From contig CAVTNR010000019.1 of the NCBI GenBank assembly GCA_963736115.1, forward strand, positions 1 through 64,000: a stretch of DNA of 64,000 nucleotides, read 5' to 3'. The DNA comes from an uncultured bacterium (GTDB lineage Bacteria; Zhuqueibacterota; QNDG01; DTFT01). Both the position numbers and the translations under genes were made by a program. Under the pieces are notes generated by a model. It searched no databases. It saw only the letters and a program-made list of their open reading frames with translations, and was not told the origin of the DNA. This document shows, in pieces, positions 1 to 9,882 of the stretch (positions within the stretch are counted from its first letter, which is position 1; each line of letters begins with the position of its first letter).

Positions 1-853
1 GGGAATGACGGCCGATCGCTACCCGGAAGGGTTCGACCTGGAAAAGGATCTGCGCGTCTTCCGCACGCACAAGGGGAATATCGAAAAGGGCGTTCGCGGC
101 TCGATCTTCGTCTACGAACCCCAATCCGGCGGCGAAGGTCAAGATGAGCGAGGAGATCCCGTTCGTCGCGAAGGAGTTCGTGGTCGACAAGCAGTTCATT
201 CCCCGGCAAGCTGAAGGCGGTCGAGGACGGCCCGTGCGGGATGTGGACTTGTTCGAGGACCTGGCTTACGAAGGCAGGCTGGAAGTTGCGCGTGCCAGTG
301 CTCGGACCCGGCGGCCAGTACTTCGGCATGGCCCCGGCGGACGTTTACATTCTGGAGGCGCGAAGCACCGTTCTGGTGGAACTTCGTCAAAGGCTACATC
401 GGCATCTGGCTGCAGATGCTGCTGGTCACGACTTTCGGCGTGATGTTCAGCACGTTCCTGAGCGGTGCGGTGGCCATGATGGCCACCTGTCCCGATCGTC
501 ATTGGGTTTTTCGGCAAGTTCATTCTGGGAGTCACCACGGGATCGATCGAAGGTGGCGGTCCGCTGGAATCGTTGATTCGCATCCTGACGCAGCCAACCT
601 GTCGTCCGACCTCGAGATTGGCAGGTCCTCACGCCATCATCAGGGCGCTCGACGTGGTCTTCATGCAACTGATGGAGTGGCTGCCAACATCCTCCCGAAC
701 TACGAGAGCTTTAACACGGCCGCGTGGGTCGCTTACGGTTACAACATCGAGCCGGCCCTGATATCCACCTTCTAAGGGGCTGGCTTAGGCGTATTGCCTG
801 TTGTTTCCCTGGTCGGATATTTCTTCCTGAAGACGCGGGAAGTCGCCGCATGA
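1..853 (+). pseudogene. 3' part of an ABC-2-type permease-like gene (Planctomycetes-like), many frameshifts
   Basis: Pieces in shifting frames (LRVFRTHKG..., QYFGMAPADVYIL, MLLVTTFGVMFSTFLSG, ANILPNYESFN..., FFLKTREVAA*) join into one membrane protein ending at TGA 851-853. Confidence 0.55.
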
Positions 854-1280
854 TCCAGAACGTTTCGTTTCGACGCAAAGTCTCTTACCTGGGCGTCATT
901 GCGCTCCTTTTATTTCCGCTGTACATGATCGGGCGACCGGCCATTGGCGATCCGACCACGGACAGCGGGGCCCGACCGGGAGGCACGCTGGCGCAGCTTC
1001 GCACCGAGTACGACTTGTCGCAGGCGGAACTCGGCGAAATCGATCCGGCCAGTGAATCGATGCGACTTGGCCACCTTGGGAATGCGGGCGTGGCCGCGAA
1101 TATCCTGTGGACGAAGGCCAACGAGTACAAAAGCCGAGAACTGGGGAGGCGCTCGTCGCCACGGTCAATCAGATGGCGAAGCTGCAGCCCAACTTCGTCA
1201 CGGTGTGGGAATTCCAGTCCCACAACCTGTCGTACAACATTTCGGTGGAGCAGGACGATTACCGCTTTCGATACCTGTGG
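850..1280 (+). pseudogene. 5' part of a Planctomycetes-type conserved hypothetical protein, frameshifted and truncated
   Basis: MIQNVSFRRKVSYLGVIALLL...LSQAELGEIDPASESM..., then LQPNFVTVWEFQSHNLSYNISVEQDDYRFRYLW in another frame; ATGA overlap with the upstream gene; breaks off at ~1280. Confidence 0.5.
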
Positions 1281-1795
1281 CCAAGTGGAACTGGCCGTTC
1301 GAATTTGTGTATACCGATCTCGAACTGGAGGCGGGAACCCATGTGCTGGAATTTTCGGTTCCTGAAAATGCCTCCATCGGCAATACGATGGCCCGCTTTC
1401 GTTTCAGCACCTGGCCCAAGGTCTTCTTTCGCGGCTATGCCGGGGACGGCGAGGTGGAGGATTATCGGATCATGATCGGACAAACAGGTGACGTTGAGCG
1501 GTCCGGTGATACGCCAGTCAAATTCGATCTTGGCCAGAACTTTCCCAATCCCTTCAATCCGTCCACGCAAATCTCATTCGCGCTGCCCAAAAAGGGCCGT
1601 GTGGAGCTGGCGATTTACAATGTGCAGGGAGCCAAGGTCCGGACTCTGGTATCCGGCATCCGAGAACCGGGGAACCGCATCGTGACCTGGGATGGGGCGG
1701 ATCAAAGCGGCAGGCAGGCACCCCCGGGTCTGTATCTTTGCAGAATACAGGGGGAGGGTTATCAAAAAACGATCAAGATGCTGATTCTGAAATAG
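1281..1795 (+). CDS. C-terminal fragment of a secreted protein: GEVED domain plus secretion-system C-terminal (T9SS/FlgD-Ig-like) domain
   Basis: ARFRFS...GDGEVEDY followed by LGQNFPNPFNPSTQI...IYNVQG...WDG...GLYL; no N-terminus. Confidence 0.75.
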
Positions 1796-1831
1796 GAAAT
1801 CAGAAAATGATTCACTGGGAGGAAACGAGCA

Positions 1832-3493
1832 ATGAAAATAAAAACGAAGAATATTCTTCCCTGGTGGCTTGGACCCGTCATTTCCATGCTGGCGGCGGCC
1901 GGCATGCTTGAAGCGCAGACCTATTATGTCGATCAAAACCACGCCTCGGCCAGCGATTCAAATCCGGGAACGGAATCCCAACCTTGGGCCACCATTCAGC
2001 ATGCGGCCGAAACGCTGGTCGCGGGCGAAACCGGTTACATCCGGGCCGGTGTGTATCATGAAAACATCCATTTTAACAACAGCGGAACGGAAGGCAATCT
2101 CATTGTTTTTTCCGCGTACGCGGGCGAAAAGCCCGTGATTGACGGCACGGGCGTCACCGAATCCCAAAACGGCATGATGATCAATCAATCCTATCTTAAA
2201 ATCACAGGGCTTGAAATACGCAACTGGCAGGAAAACGGCATCTGGACCGAAAACGCGCATCACCTCGAAATTTCGGATTGTGAAGTGCATGACGTCTATT
2301 ACGGCATCGGCCTCTCCGCCGGAACGCACGATTTCGTGATCAACCGCGTTGTGGCCCATCATTTCTCCCTGTACGGATTTGATGCTTCCCCGGACGGGAC
2401 CGATTGCTTCAATGGAACCTTCAATGACTGCGTGGCCCATACCGGCCGCGACAACGAGGCAAACGTGGACGGATTCGCGCTGGGGCACGGCACACAGCAT
2501 GATTTTGTATTGAATCGATGCACGACCTATAATGTCTATGACGGATTCGACATCAGCTCCCGGAAAACGACACTCAACCGCTGCCTGGCATATGACTGCT
2601 GGAACGGCGCGTACAAGCTCTGGGCGGATCAGGTCACGCTGGTGAATTGCATCGGTTATCACTGCAATGAAGCCGTTTTGGAGCTGGATTGGGACGGAGA
2701 TCCGGGGACGACCACACTGATGAACTGTACGTTTTACAATGGACAGACATACACCATCCGTATCGAGAGCGCCCGGGATGGTCTGAATATGACCAATTGC
2801 ATTCTTGCGGGCGGGGACAATATCGGCCTGTTGTTCGAAGAGACCGGAATCGGAAATTACCACGGCGATTACAACATCTTTCACAATAATAATGCCGAAC
2901 GCGCGATTGTGGTGGGCTATGAAGAGGAGTTCTCGTCCGATCAAGTCGCGGGCGGATCGTGGACCGGTTTCAGCGGTCAGGACGCGCATTCGCGGGTTGC
3001 GGGCTCGGACGCCGGACTGTTTGTCGATCCGGGCCAGTCCGATTTGCACCTGTTGTCCGCCGGTATTGCCGTGGATCATGGAACCGGGACAGGCGCGCCT
3101 GTCAGTGATTATGAGGGGAATTCCCGCCCGTCCGGCAACGGCTATGATATCGGCGCTTATGAGTATCAGGCCGGCACCAATGTTGAAACGGCCCGTGATG
3201 GCACCGCATGGCCTTTGGCTCCGTATTTATTTCAGAATTATCCCAATCCCTTCAATCCGGCGACAAGCATTTCCTACGCGCTGAACCAAAAAGCCCATGT
3301 GACACTTTCCGTTTACGACCTGCTTGGACGTGAATTGGAAATACTGGTCAATGCGGAACAGTGTGCGGGGACCTATCAGGTCACATTCAACGGGGAGCGG
3401 CTGGCAGGCGGGATTTATTTCTACAAACTGCGGGCTGATTCGGAAAACGGCTTTCAATGTACGGACCTCAGGAAAATGATATTAACCAAATGA
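1832..3493 (+). CDS. Secreted right-handed beta-helix (DUF1565/PL9-like) protein with choice-of-anchor Q-like and secretion C-terminal domains
   Basis: Signal peptide; YYVD...SDSNPGT...PWATIQHAA; beta-helix repeats; DIGAYEY; QNYPNPFNPAT. Confidence 0.8.
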   Translation: MKIKTKNILPWWLGPVISMLAAAGMLEAQTYYVDQNHASASDSNPGTESQPWATIQHAAETLVAGETGYIRAGVYHENIHFNNSGTEGNLIVFSAYAGEKPVIDGTGVTESQNGMMINQSYLKITGLEIRNWQENGIWTENAHHLEISDCEVHDVYYGIGLSAGTHDFVINRVVAHHFSLYGFDASPDGTDCFNGTFNDCVAHTGRDNEANVDGFALGHGTQHDFVLNRCTTYNVYDGFDISSRKTTLNRCLAYDCWNGAYKLWADQVTLVNCIGYHCNEAVLELDWDGDPGTTTLMNCTFYNGQTYTIRIESARDGLNMTNCILAGGDNIGLLFEETGIGNYHGDYNIFHNNNAERAIVVGYEEEFSSDQVAGGSWTGFSGQDAHSRVAGSDAGLFVDPGQSDLHLLSAGIAVDHGTGTGAPVSDYEGNSRPSGNGYDIGAYEYQAGTNVETARDGTAWPLAPYLFQNYPNPFNPATSISYALNQKAHVTLSVYDLLGRELEILVNAEQCAGTYQVTFNGERLAGGIYFYKLRADSENGFQCTDLRKMILTK

Positions 3494-3600
3494 TCCGGCC
3501 GATTGAAAGCGGGGATCCGCAATAAAAAAGGGACAGAGTCCGAAAAAATGATCTATTCGTTCCAGTGAACGCGCCGGACGAGGGGCTCGGTCATTTGATG

Positions 3601-3632
3601 TAAATCTGTCAGCAGGCGGCGGGGAGCTTCAA
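3601..3632. repeat. Collapsed copy of PATE-like element (family B)
   Basis: TAAATCTGTCAGC joined almost directly to GCGGCGGGGAGCTTCAA, i.e. both ends of the 30485-30600 element. Confidence 0.6.
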
Positions 3633-3906
3633 TTCTTCCCTTTCACATGGGACTCGGGGAAGACGGAATTAAAGCATCGTCGATTCCTGCGCAGGACCGG
3701 TCGGTCATCGCCCCGGGGTGCTCCCCTGGGGCGGTCGGCGTTTTGGCGATCACTCCGTCGTAAAAAGAAGAAAAATGGCTTGATCAGAAGATAAAATTTA
3801 TGCATAATAGTCCGGCGCATAAGGGAAAAATGGCGCTTCGGAACGATTAAAGGGCCCGGAACGCGCGATCACGCGGCAGCTGCACGACGGAACGGAGGCA
3901 AGGCGG

Positions 3907-5496
3907 TTGAATACACCCTTTCAGAGGGAAATCGATCGAAGGCGCACGTTCGGCATCATCAGCCACCCGGACGCGGGAAAGACCACGCTGACCGAGAAAC
4001 TGCTCCTGTTCGGCGGCGCCATTCAGCTGGCCGGCACGGTGAAGGCGAAAAAATCGTCCCGTTACGCCACCAGCGACTGGCTCGCCATCGAAAAGGAGCG
4101 CGGCATCTCCGTCACGACGTCCGTGATGAAATTCGATTACCGGGACTATGAGCTGAACCTGCTCGACACCCCGGGCCACCAGGATTTCTCCGAGGACACC
4201 TACCGCGTGCTGACCGCCGTGGACAGCGCGCTCATGGTCATCGACCACGCCAAGGGCGTCGAGACGCAGACGGAAAAGCTGATGGAAGTGTGCCGCATGC
4301 GCAATACGCCGATCATCACGTTCATCAACAAGCTCGACACGGAGGGGCTCAACCCCTTCGACGTTCTGCACGACATCGAGGACAAGCTCCAGATCGAGTG
4401 CGTGCCCTTTTCCTGGCCGATCGGAATGGGGAAGATGTTCAAGGGCGTATGGGACGTTAATCATCCGGGTGTGAACCTGTACCGGCCGGGCCAGGACGAA
4501 CAGGGTCCGGGGGCAGGCGCTGTCCGGAATCTTTCGGATGAGGCGCTGGAGCGCCTGGTGGGGCCGAACGAGGCGAAAAAACTCAGGGACGACATCGAGC
4601 TGCTGAATGTCGCGGGCAACCGGTATGACCGCGAACACTACCTGACCGCGGTGCAGACGCCCGTGTTCTTCGGGAGCGCGCTGAACAATTTCGGCGTCCA
4701 GGAACTGCTGGACACTTTCGTCGACATCGCGCCCCCGCCGCTCCCGCGGCAGACGGCCACGCGCGTCGTTTCGCCGTACGAGGAGGACTTCTCGGGATTC
4801 ACGTTCAAGATCCAGGCCAACATGGATCCGATGCACCGCGACCGCATCGCTTTCCTGCGGATCTGTTCCGGCAAATTCACCAAGGGCATGAAGGTTCAGC
4901 ACCACCGCATCGGCAAGGAAGTCAAGCTCTCGAACGCCGTGATCTTCATGGCCCAGGACCGCCAGAACATCGAGGAGGCGTACGCCGGGGACATCATCGG
5001 CATCTTCAACCACGGGACGATCAAGATCGGCGACACGTTCACTGAAAAGGAGCCGCTGAAATTCACGGGCATCCCCAATTTCGCCCCGGCCTACTTCAGC
5101 AAGGTCATTCTCCGCAACCCGATCAAGCGCAAACAGCTTCAGAAGGGCCTGCTTCAGCTTTCGGAGGAGGGCGTCATTCAGGTGCTGAAGCCGGTTTTCG
5201 GCCAGATGGACATTCTGGCCGCGGTCGGAAAACTGCAGTTCGACGTCACCCGGGCCCGGCTGATGGACGAGTACGGCGTGGACGCGGACTACGAGCAGGC
5301 GGACTATGTGGCGTCTCGGTGGATCGAGTGCGACAAAGAGGAAATGCTCGAGGCGTTCAAGGAGAGGAGACGCGACTCCCTCTGCACCGACGCCTGGGGC
5401 AGTCTCGTGTACCTGGCGCCCAGCATGTGGATGCTGGACCACGTGAAAAAGGAATGGCCGGAAATCCGCTTTCTGACGTCGCATGAGCATGAATGA
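3907..5496 (+). CDS. prfC: Peptide chain release factor 3
   Basis: [63 protein letters not shown]. Confidence 0.97.
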   Translation: MNTPFQREIDRRRTFGIISHPDAGKTTLTEKLLLFGGAIQLAGTVKAKKSSRYATSDWLAIEKERGISVTTSVMKFDYRDYELNLLDTPGHQDFSEDTYRVLTAVDSALMVIDHAKGVETQTEKLMEVCRMRNTPIITFINKLDTEGLNPFDVLHDIEDKLQIECVPFSWPIGMGKMFKGVWDVNHPGVNLYRPGQDEQGPGAGAVRNLSDEALERLVGPNEAKKLRDDIELLNVAGNRYDREHYLTAVQTPVFFGSALNNFGVQELLDTFVDIAPPPLPRQTATRVVSPYEEDFSGFTFKIQANMDPMHRDRIAFLRICSGKFTKGMKVQHHRIGKEVKLSNAVIFMAQDRQNIEEAYAGDIIGIFNHGTIKIGDTFTEKEPLKFTGIPNFAPAYFSKVILRNPIKRKQLQKGLLQLSEEGVIQVLKPVFGQMDILAAVGKLQFDVTRARLMDEYGVDADYEQADYVASRWIECDKEEMLEAFKERRRDSLCTDAWGSLVYLAPSMWMLDHVKKEWPEIRFLTSHEHE

Positions 5497-5507
5497 TTGC
5501 GTCCGGC

Positions 5508-5555
5508 ATGATCGCGCCGGGGCTCAGTCCCGGGGCGGAGCCCGGGGAAGATCAT
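5508..5555. repeat. GATC-capped GC palindrome (family C)
   Basis: ATGATCGCGCCGGGGCTC...GAGCCCGGGGAAGATCAT, similar to the ends of 7835-8008. Confidence 0.55.
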
Positions 5556-5591
5556 GTTCCTGATTCTGTCCATTCAAAAGAAAAAGGCCTC

Positions 5592-6548
5592 ATGATGTCA
5601 CATTCGAATTGTATGGTGAATGTCGATAGCATACATAAACAATTCGGCAAAATCGCGGCGGTTCACGATCTTTCCTTTCGAATCCATCGGGGCGAAATTT
5701 TCGCCCTGCTGGGCCCCAATGGCGCGGGGAAAACGACCGTGGTACGGATGCTGATGGGCATCCTGAAGCCGGATCAAGGGAAAATTGAATATTTTCTTCA
5801 CGACACGGAAAGTCCGGAGGAGCCTCTTCCGTCGGAACTTGGATATTTACCCGAAGAACGCGGGTTGTACCAGGATATTCCCATACTGAAGACCCTGATC
5901 TTTATGGGCATGATCCGGGGGATGGATAAAAAACAGGCCGGAATATCGGCGGAAAACTGGATTGGGAAACTGGGATTGGCTGAAAGGAAGAAGGATAAAC
6001 TGAGCGCTCTTTCCAAAGGCAATCAGCAGAAAGTGCAGTTCATTTCTTCCGTCATGAATAATCCCCGGTTCGCGGTTCTGGACGAGCCCTTTACCGGTTT
6101 TGATCCGATCAATCAGGAATTATTCATCGGGATCATCAAGGAGCTCCAGAGCAAGGGAACCACCGTTTTATTGAGCGCGCATCAGATGAACCTGGTGGAG
6201 CGGATCGCGGACCGGGTTTTACTCGTCAATCGCGGCAGGAAAATCGCCTATGGGTCGGTGGACGAGATCAAGGCAGGATGTTCCACCGGAGAAATGCTGA
6301 TCATCCGGATTGAGGGCAAACCGGAATTGTCGGCTATTCAGAATGATGAAGCGGTGGAAAAAGTCGAATGGATGGATGACACAGAAATTAGAATATCGCT
6401 GAAACGGGACAAGTCCCTTTCGGGACTGCTCAGCAAGGTCGCGGCGGACAATACCATCACATCCGTGAGAACGGAACACCTTTCCCTGCATGATATTTTC
6501 ATTGATCGCGTCAATCAGGACAAAGGGGAATCGAATGAACCAGAATAA
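5592..6548 (+). CDS. ABC transporter ATP-binding protein (NatA/YhaQ-like)
   Basis: Walker A GPNGAGKTT, LSKGNQQK signature, LDEPFTGFDP; start placed at ATG 5592. Confidence 0.9.
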   Translation: MMSHSNCMVNVDSIHKQFGKIAAVHDLSFRIHRGEIFALLGPNGAGKTTVVRMLMGILKPDQGKIEYFLHDTESPEEPLPSELGYLPEERGLYQDIPILKTLIFMGMIRGMDKKQAGISAENWIGKLGLAERKKDKLSALSKGNQQKVQFISSVMNNPRFAVLDEPFTGFDPINQELFIGIIKELQSKGTTVLLSAHQMNLVERIADRVLLVNRGRKIAYGSVDEIKAGCSTGEMLIIRIEGKPELSAIQNDEAVEKVEWMDDTEIRISLKRDKSLSGLLSKVAADNTITSVRTEHLSLHDIFIDRVNQDKGESNEPE

Positions 6549-7770
6549 AGCGCAAAAGCTAAAGATGGTTTATGAGGTTTCCATGTGGGAGTTCGGGCGT
6601 TGGTTCAAAGTCAAGGAACAAATCGTCACGCTGTTGATCGGCGCATGCGCCAGTTTGTTCATTTTCGGCGGGAAGGGTCTCCTGGAAAAATTTTCTGAAA
6701 GCGGGGTCACTCTTGTCGTCCTGAACGGCAACACCCTGCCGCTCGCGCTGAGCGGTGAGAGCCCCATCCATCTTGTCCATAAAAACAGCGCGGAGATTGA
6801 AGCTCAAAAACTGCTGATGACAGAGAAGAAAATTGACGGAATACTCACCCTGATCGACATCGACCATGCGGACCTGCTGGTCAACAGGGAAGGCCCCTGG
6901 CTCGGGGAGCTGAAGGAAGCCCTCAACTCGGCCCGGAAGCGGGTTAAAATGGAACAGTCCGGTATCTCGCCGGAACAGCTCGCCACTGTGTTCGAACCCG
7001 TGTCTCTGAACATCGTGTATGCCGAAGCCGCTCCAGATAAAAGAAGTCGGGTCGACACGATAACGGCCGGAATATTCATCGGTTTGACGCTGCTGGGGAT
7101 TTTTACGGGTCTATCGTATCAATTCGTGGCCATCACCGGCGAAAAACAGCTTCGAATCACGGAGGTGGTCGTCTCCGCCATCAGCCCCCAGACATGGATA
7201 GACGGAAAGATCATCGGAATATCCCTGCTATCACTCGCTTTATTGGTCACTTATACTGCCGGAACGATGGTGTTTGTCTTGATTTCGTCTCTTTTCGGAA
7301 GCGGCTGGTCCTTCCCGATCGTTTTAACCAGTCCTTTCCTCGTAATGGTCCTGTTCCTCCTTTCCATTGGCGGGTTCCTTTTCTGGAACACCTTCTTTTC
7401 AGCGATTGCCGCAACCATCCACGACCCAAATACATCCGCCAGAAACTCGCTGATCATGGTTCCCGTCATTCCCATCGGTATCGCGTTCTACGCACTGAAA
7501 GATCCGGATTCATGGATCATGAAAATACTGTCCCTGTTTCCGCTCACATCCGCTCCGGTTCTTTCGGCAAGGCTGGTTTTAACCGAAGTGCCCGTCATCG
7601 AGGTGTGCGCTTCTCTGCTTCTATTGATCGTCTCCATCTGGTATCTGAGGAAACTGGCGGGGATCGTTTTTGCCACCTCCATCCTCATATACGGTAAAGA
7701 ACCTTCCTGGAAGGAAATTTCCAGATGGATCAGGGAATCCGGGAAGGAGAAAAAGAGCCTGACGTTCTGA
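6535..7770 (+). CDS. ABC-2 transporter permease (NatB/YhaP-like)
   Basis: One N-terminal TM helix, large loop, ITGEKQLRITEVVVSAISP...GKIIG, further TM helices; overlaps the ATPase stop. Confidence 0.88.
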   Translation: MNQNKAQKLKMVYEVSMWEFGRWFKVKEQIVTLLIGACASLFIFGGKGLLEKFSESGVTLVVLNGNTLPLALSGESPIHLVHKNSAEIEAQKLLMTEKKIDGILTLIDIDHADLLVNREGPWLGELKEALNSARKRVKMEQSGISPEQLATVFEPVSLNIVYAEAAPDKRSRVDTITAGIFIGLTLLGIFTGLSYQFVAITGEKQLRITEVVVSAISPQTWIDGKIIGISLLSLALLVTYTAGTMVFVLISSLFGSGWSFPIVLTSPFLVMVLFLLSIGGFLFWNTFFSAIAATIHDPNTSARNSLIMVPVIPIGIAFYALKDPDSWIMKILSLFPLTSAPVLSARLVLTEVPVIEVCASLLLLIVSIWYLRKLAGIVFATSILIYGKEPSWKEISRWIRESGKEKKSLTF

Positions 7771-7773
7771 TCG

Positions 7774-7799
7774 TGAATCTGACAGCGAGCGCATTCCCC
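7774..7799. repeat. End of PATE-like element (family B)
   Basis: TGAATCTGACAGCGAGCGCATTCCCC matches ends at 30485, 32666 and ~47837. Confidence 0.65.
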
Positions 7800-7834
7800 C
7801 GCGCAGAGGAACTCAGCCCCGGCAATTACGGAAC

Positions 7835-8008
7835 TTGATCGCGCCAGGGCTCTGCCCTGGCGCGTGAAAGCGCGGGGGTTCTGCCCCCGCAATTAGGGAG
7901 GGGATAAGGAGGGCAGAGTCCCGCTGCGCGGGACCAAGCGATAAGATTTATTTGATATTGAAGGCCCTCCCGGAGGCGCGTCCCGGGGCAGAGCCCCGGG
8001 ACGATCAA
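7835..8008. repeat. 174-bp MITE/REPIN-like element with inverted TTGATC-palindrome ends (family C)
   Basis: TTGATCGCGCCAGGGCTCTGCCCTGGCGCG ... CGCGTCCCGGGGCAGAGCCCCGGGACGATCAA. Confidence 0.65.
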
Positions 8009-8118
8009 AGCCGAGGGGCCGGGTTCAGGTAGAAGTGAAGCAAATTCATGTCCTTCAATCGTTTAAGCTGATATCGCGCGGAGAAGAATTGAAAAGCCCG
8101 CATCCGATAAAAAAATCA

Positions 8119-8147
8119 TTGACTTTCCTCTCAAAGTTGATTAAATT
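8119..8147 (+). promoter_or_regulatory. Sigma70-like promoter for tRNA-Asp
   Basis: TTGACT-17 nt-TAAATT just upstream of the tRNA. Confidence 0.6.
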
Positions 8148-8160
8148 TTCGTTCTGGTTC

Positions 8161-8238
<78 letters not shown>

Positions 8239-8291
8239 TTTTTTAAAGCGGATACGCCCAAAGGGCGTGACGGAAAATTTCAACATCAAAT

Positions 8292-8400
8292 AAAGACAGG
8301 CAATTGTGAGGCGGGAAGGTCAAAAGGGAATGCACGTATTCCTTGAGGGTCAAAACTCGTTTTGACCAGGCCCTGTCTTTTTAAAAGACAGGGCTTTTTT
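8292..8400 (+). promoter_or_regulatory. Candidate attenuator/riboswitch-like leader with intrinsic terminator
   Basis: Terminator GCCCTGTCTTT..AAAGACAGGGC plus T6 (8370-8400); upstream AAAGACAGG (8292-8300) can pair with the 5' strand of the terminator. Confidence 0.55.
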
Positions 8401-8435
8401 GTGTGAATAATTATCGCTTCGGGTGAATTTTCAAG

Positions 8436-9875
8436 ATGAATTATTCAGCCATTCTGCTCGCAGTCATTTTCGTGCCCACTTTGGGGTCGCTGTTTCTGCC
8501 GCTCCTTGGCAAGGCATCGGAAAAACTGAGAAACGCGGCCTCTTTGATATTTGTGGCCGTTGCGTTCGTCGGATCCTGCCTTCTCTGGCCAGCGGCCCGG
8601 GAAGGGGTGACGGTATTCCGCGGCCTGCCCCTGGGATTCCATTTCTCCCTCGGCGCGGACGGCCTGGCCGTGTTCATGGCCCTTGTTTCGTCCCTGATCA
8701 GCAGTCTCATCGTCCTATACTCCTTCCGCTACATCTCGCATTACGACAACCGCAACGAATACTATTTCATGGTGACCCTGTTCCTGGGGTCCATGATGGG
8801 GCTCATCTTCTCCCGCAATCTGATCCTTCTATATATATTCTGGGAAATCACGGCCATCGCCTCCTGGCGGCTGATCGGATTCTTCCGCGAGCCGCTCTAT
8901 GTGCTCAGGGCGGACAAGTCCTTCCTGGTCACGGGTTTCGGCGCCCTGCTCATGCTGCTGGGCTTTATAATGCTCGGAACCGAGGCCGGTTCCTTCGAGC
9001 TGTCAGACCTCTCGGCCTTTTACGCGACCTCGGCCGTGCCCCATGCCGCGGTTCTGCTCATTCTGGCCGGCATCCTGTCCAAGTCCGCGACTCTGCCTTT
9101 CCACACCTGGCTGCCGGACGCGGGTGTCGCGCCTTCGCCGGTCACCGCCCTTCTGCACGCCGCGGTCCTCGTCAAGATCGGCGTGTACGTGTACGCCCGG
9201 CTTTTCGTGTCCACCCTGCCGGCCGACGTCTTCACCATGGAGCTGGTCGGCTGGATCGCGGCCGCATCGGCCCTGGTATCCGCGGGCGCGGCCCTGGTCG
9301 ACACGGATCTCAAGCGTATTATCGCATTTTCGACCATCAGCCAGATCGGGTTCATCTTTCTGGGCTTTGCCGCGGGCAACGAAATCGGGCTCGCGGGCGG
9401 CCTGCTCTACATTCTGACCCACGGCCTGGCCAAGGCCGGGCTCTTCCTCGGCGCGGGCATCGTGGAGCAGAACACACACACCAAGGACGTGACGAAACTC
9501 GGCGGCCTGTATAAAACCATGCCGGTCACGGCCGTATCGTTTCTGCTCTGCAGTCTCTCGGTCATGGGCATTCCGCCCTTCGGCGGATTCTTCGGTAAAT
9601 ACATGGTGATCGCGGCCCCGATTCAGGCGGGCCGGTGGCCTCTCGCCCTGACTTTTATCGCCGGGGCCTTTCTCACGATCATGTACCTGTTCCGGGTGTT
9701 CCGTCTGGTGTTCCTCGGCGAATTGTCGCATCCGGAGGCGAAAGAGGGATCGAAAAGCATGGTGGCAGTGATCGCCGTGCTGGCCGGGCTCTCGCTCATC
9801 GCCGGCGTCTGGATCTCGGCCCCGTCCGGAATGGTCCAGTCCATCGCATCCTCCATCTTCACTCAGGTGAAATGA
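8436..9875 (+). CDS. Hydrogenase membrane subunit, MrpA/NuoL-like antiporter module 1
   Basis: FWEIT, KSATLPFHTWLPDA..PSPVTALLHAAVLVKIG, HGLAKAGLFL, GIPPFGGFFGK. Confidence 0.9.
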   Translation: MNYSAILLAVIFVPTLGSLFLPLLGKASEKLRNAASLIFVAVAFVGSCLLWPAAREGVTVFRGLPLGFHFSLGADGLAVFMALVSSLISSLIVLYSFRYISHYDNRNEYYFMVTLFLGSMMGLIFSRNLILLYIFWEITAIASWRLIGFFREPLYVLRADKSFLVTGFGALLMLLGFIMLGTEAGSFELSDLSAFYATSAVPHAAVLLILAGILSKSATLPFHTWLPDAGVAPSPVTALLHAAVLVKIGVYVYARLFVSTLPADVFTMELVGWIAAASALVSAGAALVDTDLKRIIAFSTISQIGFIFLGFAAGNEIGLAGGLLYILTHGLAKAGLFLGAGIVEQNTHTKDVTKLGGLYKTMPVTAVSFLLCSLSVMGIPPFGGFFGKYMVIAAPIQAGRWPLALTFIAGAFLTIMYLFRVFRLVFLGELSHPEAKEGSKSMVAVIAVLAGLSLIAGVWISAPSGMVQSIASSIFTQVK

Positions 9876-9882
9876 CGCAGCC

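Noticed and set aside
944-1795. Single 283-aa protein as in the ORF track
   Set aside because: N-terminal part is an off-frame read of the unrelated upstream fragment; only ~1281-1795 is meaningful
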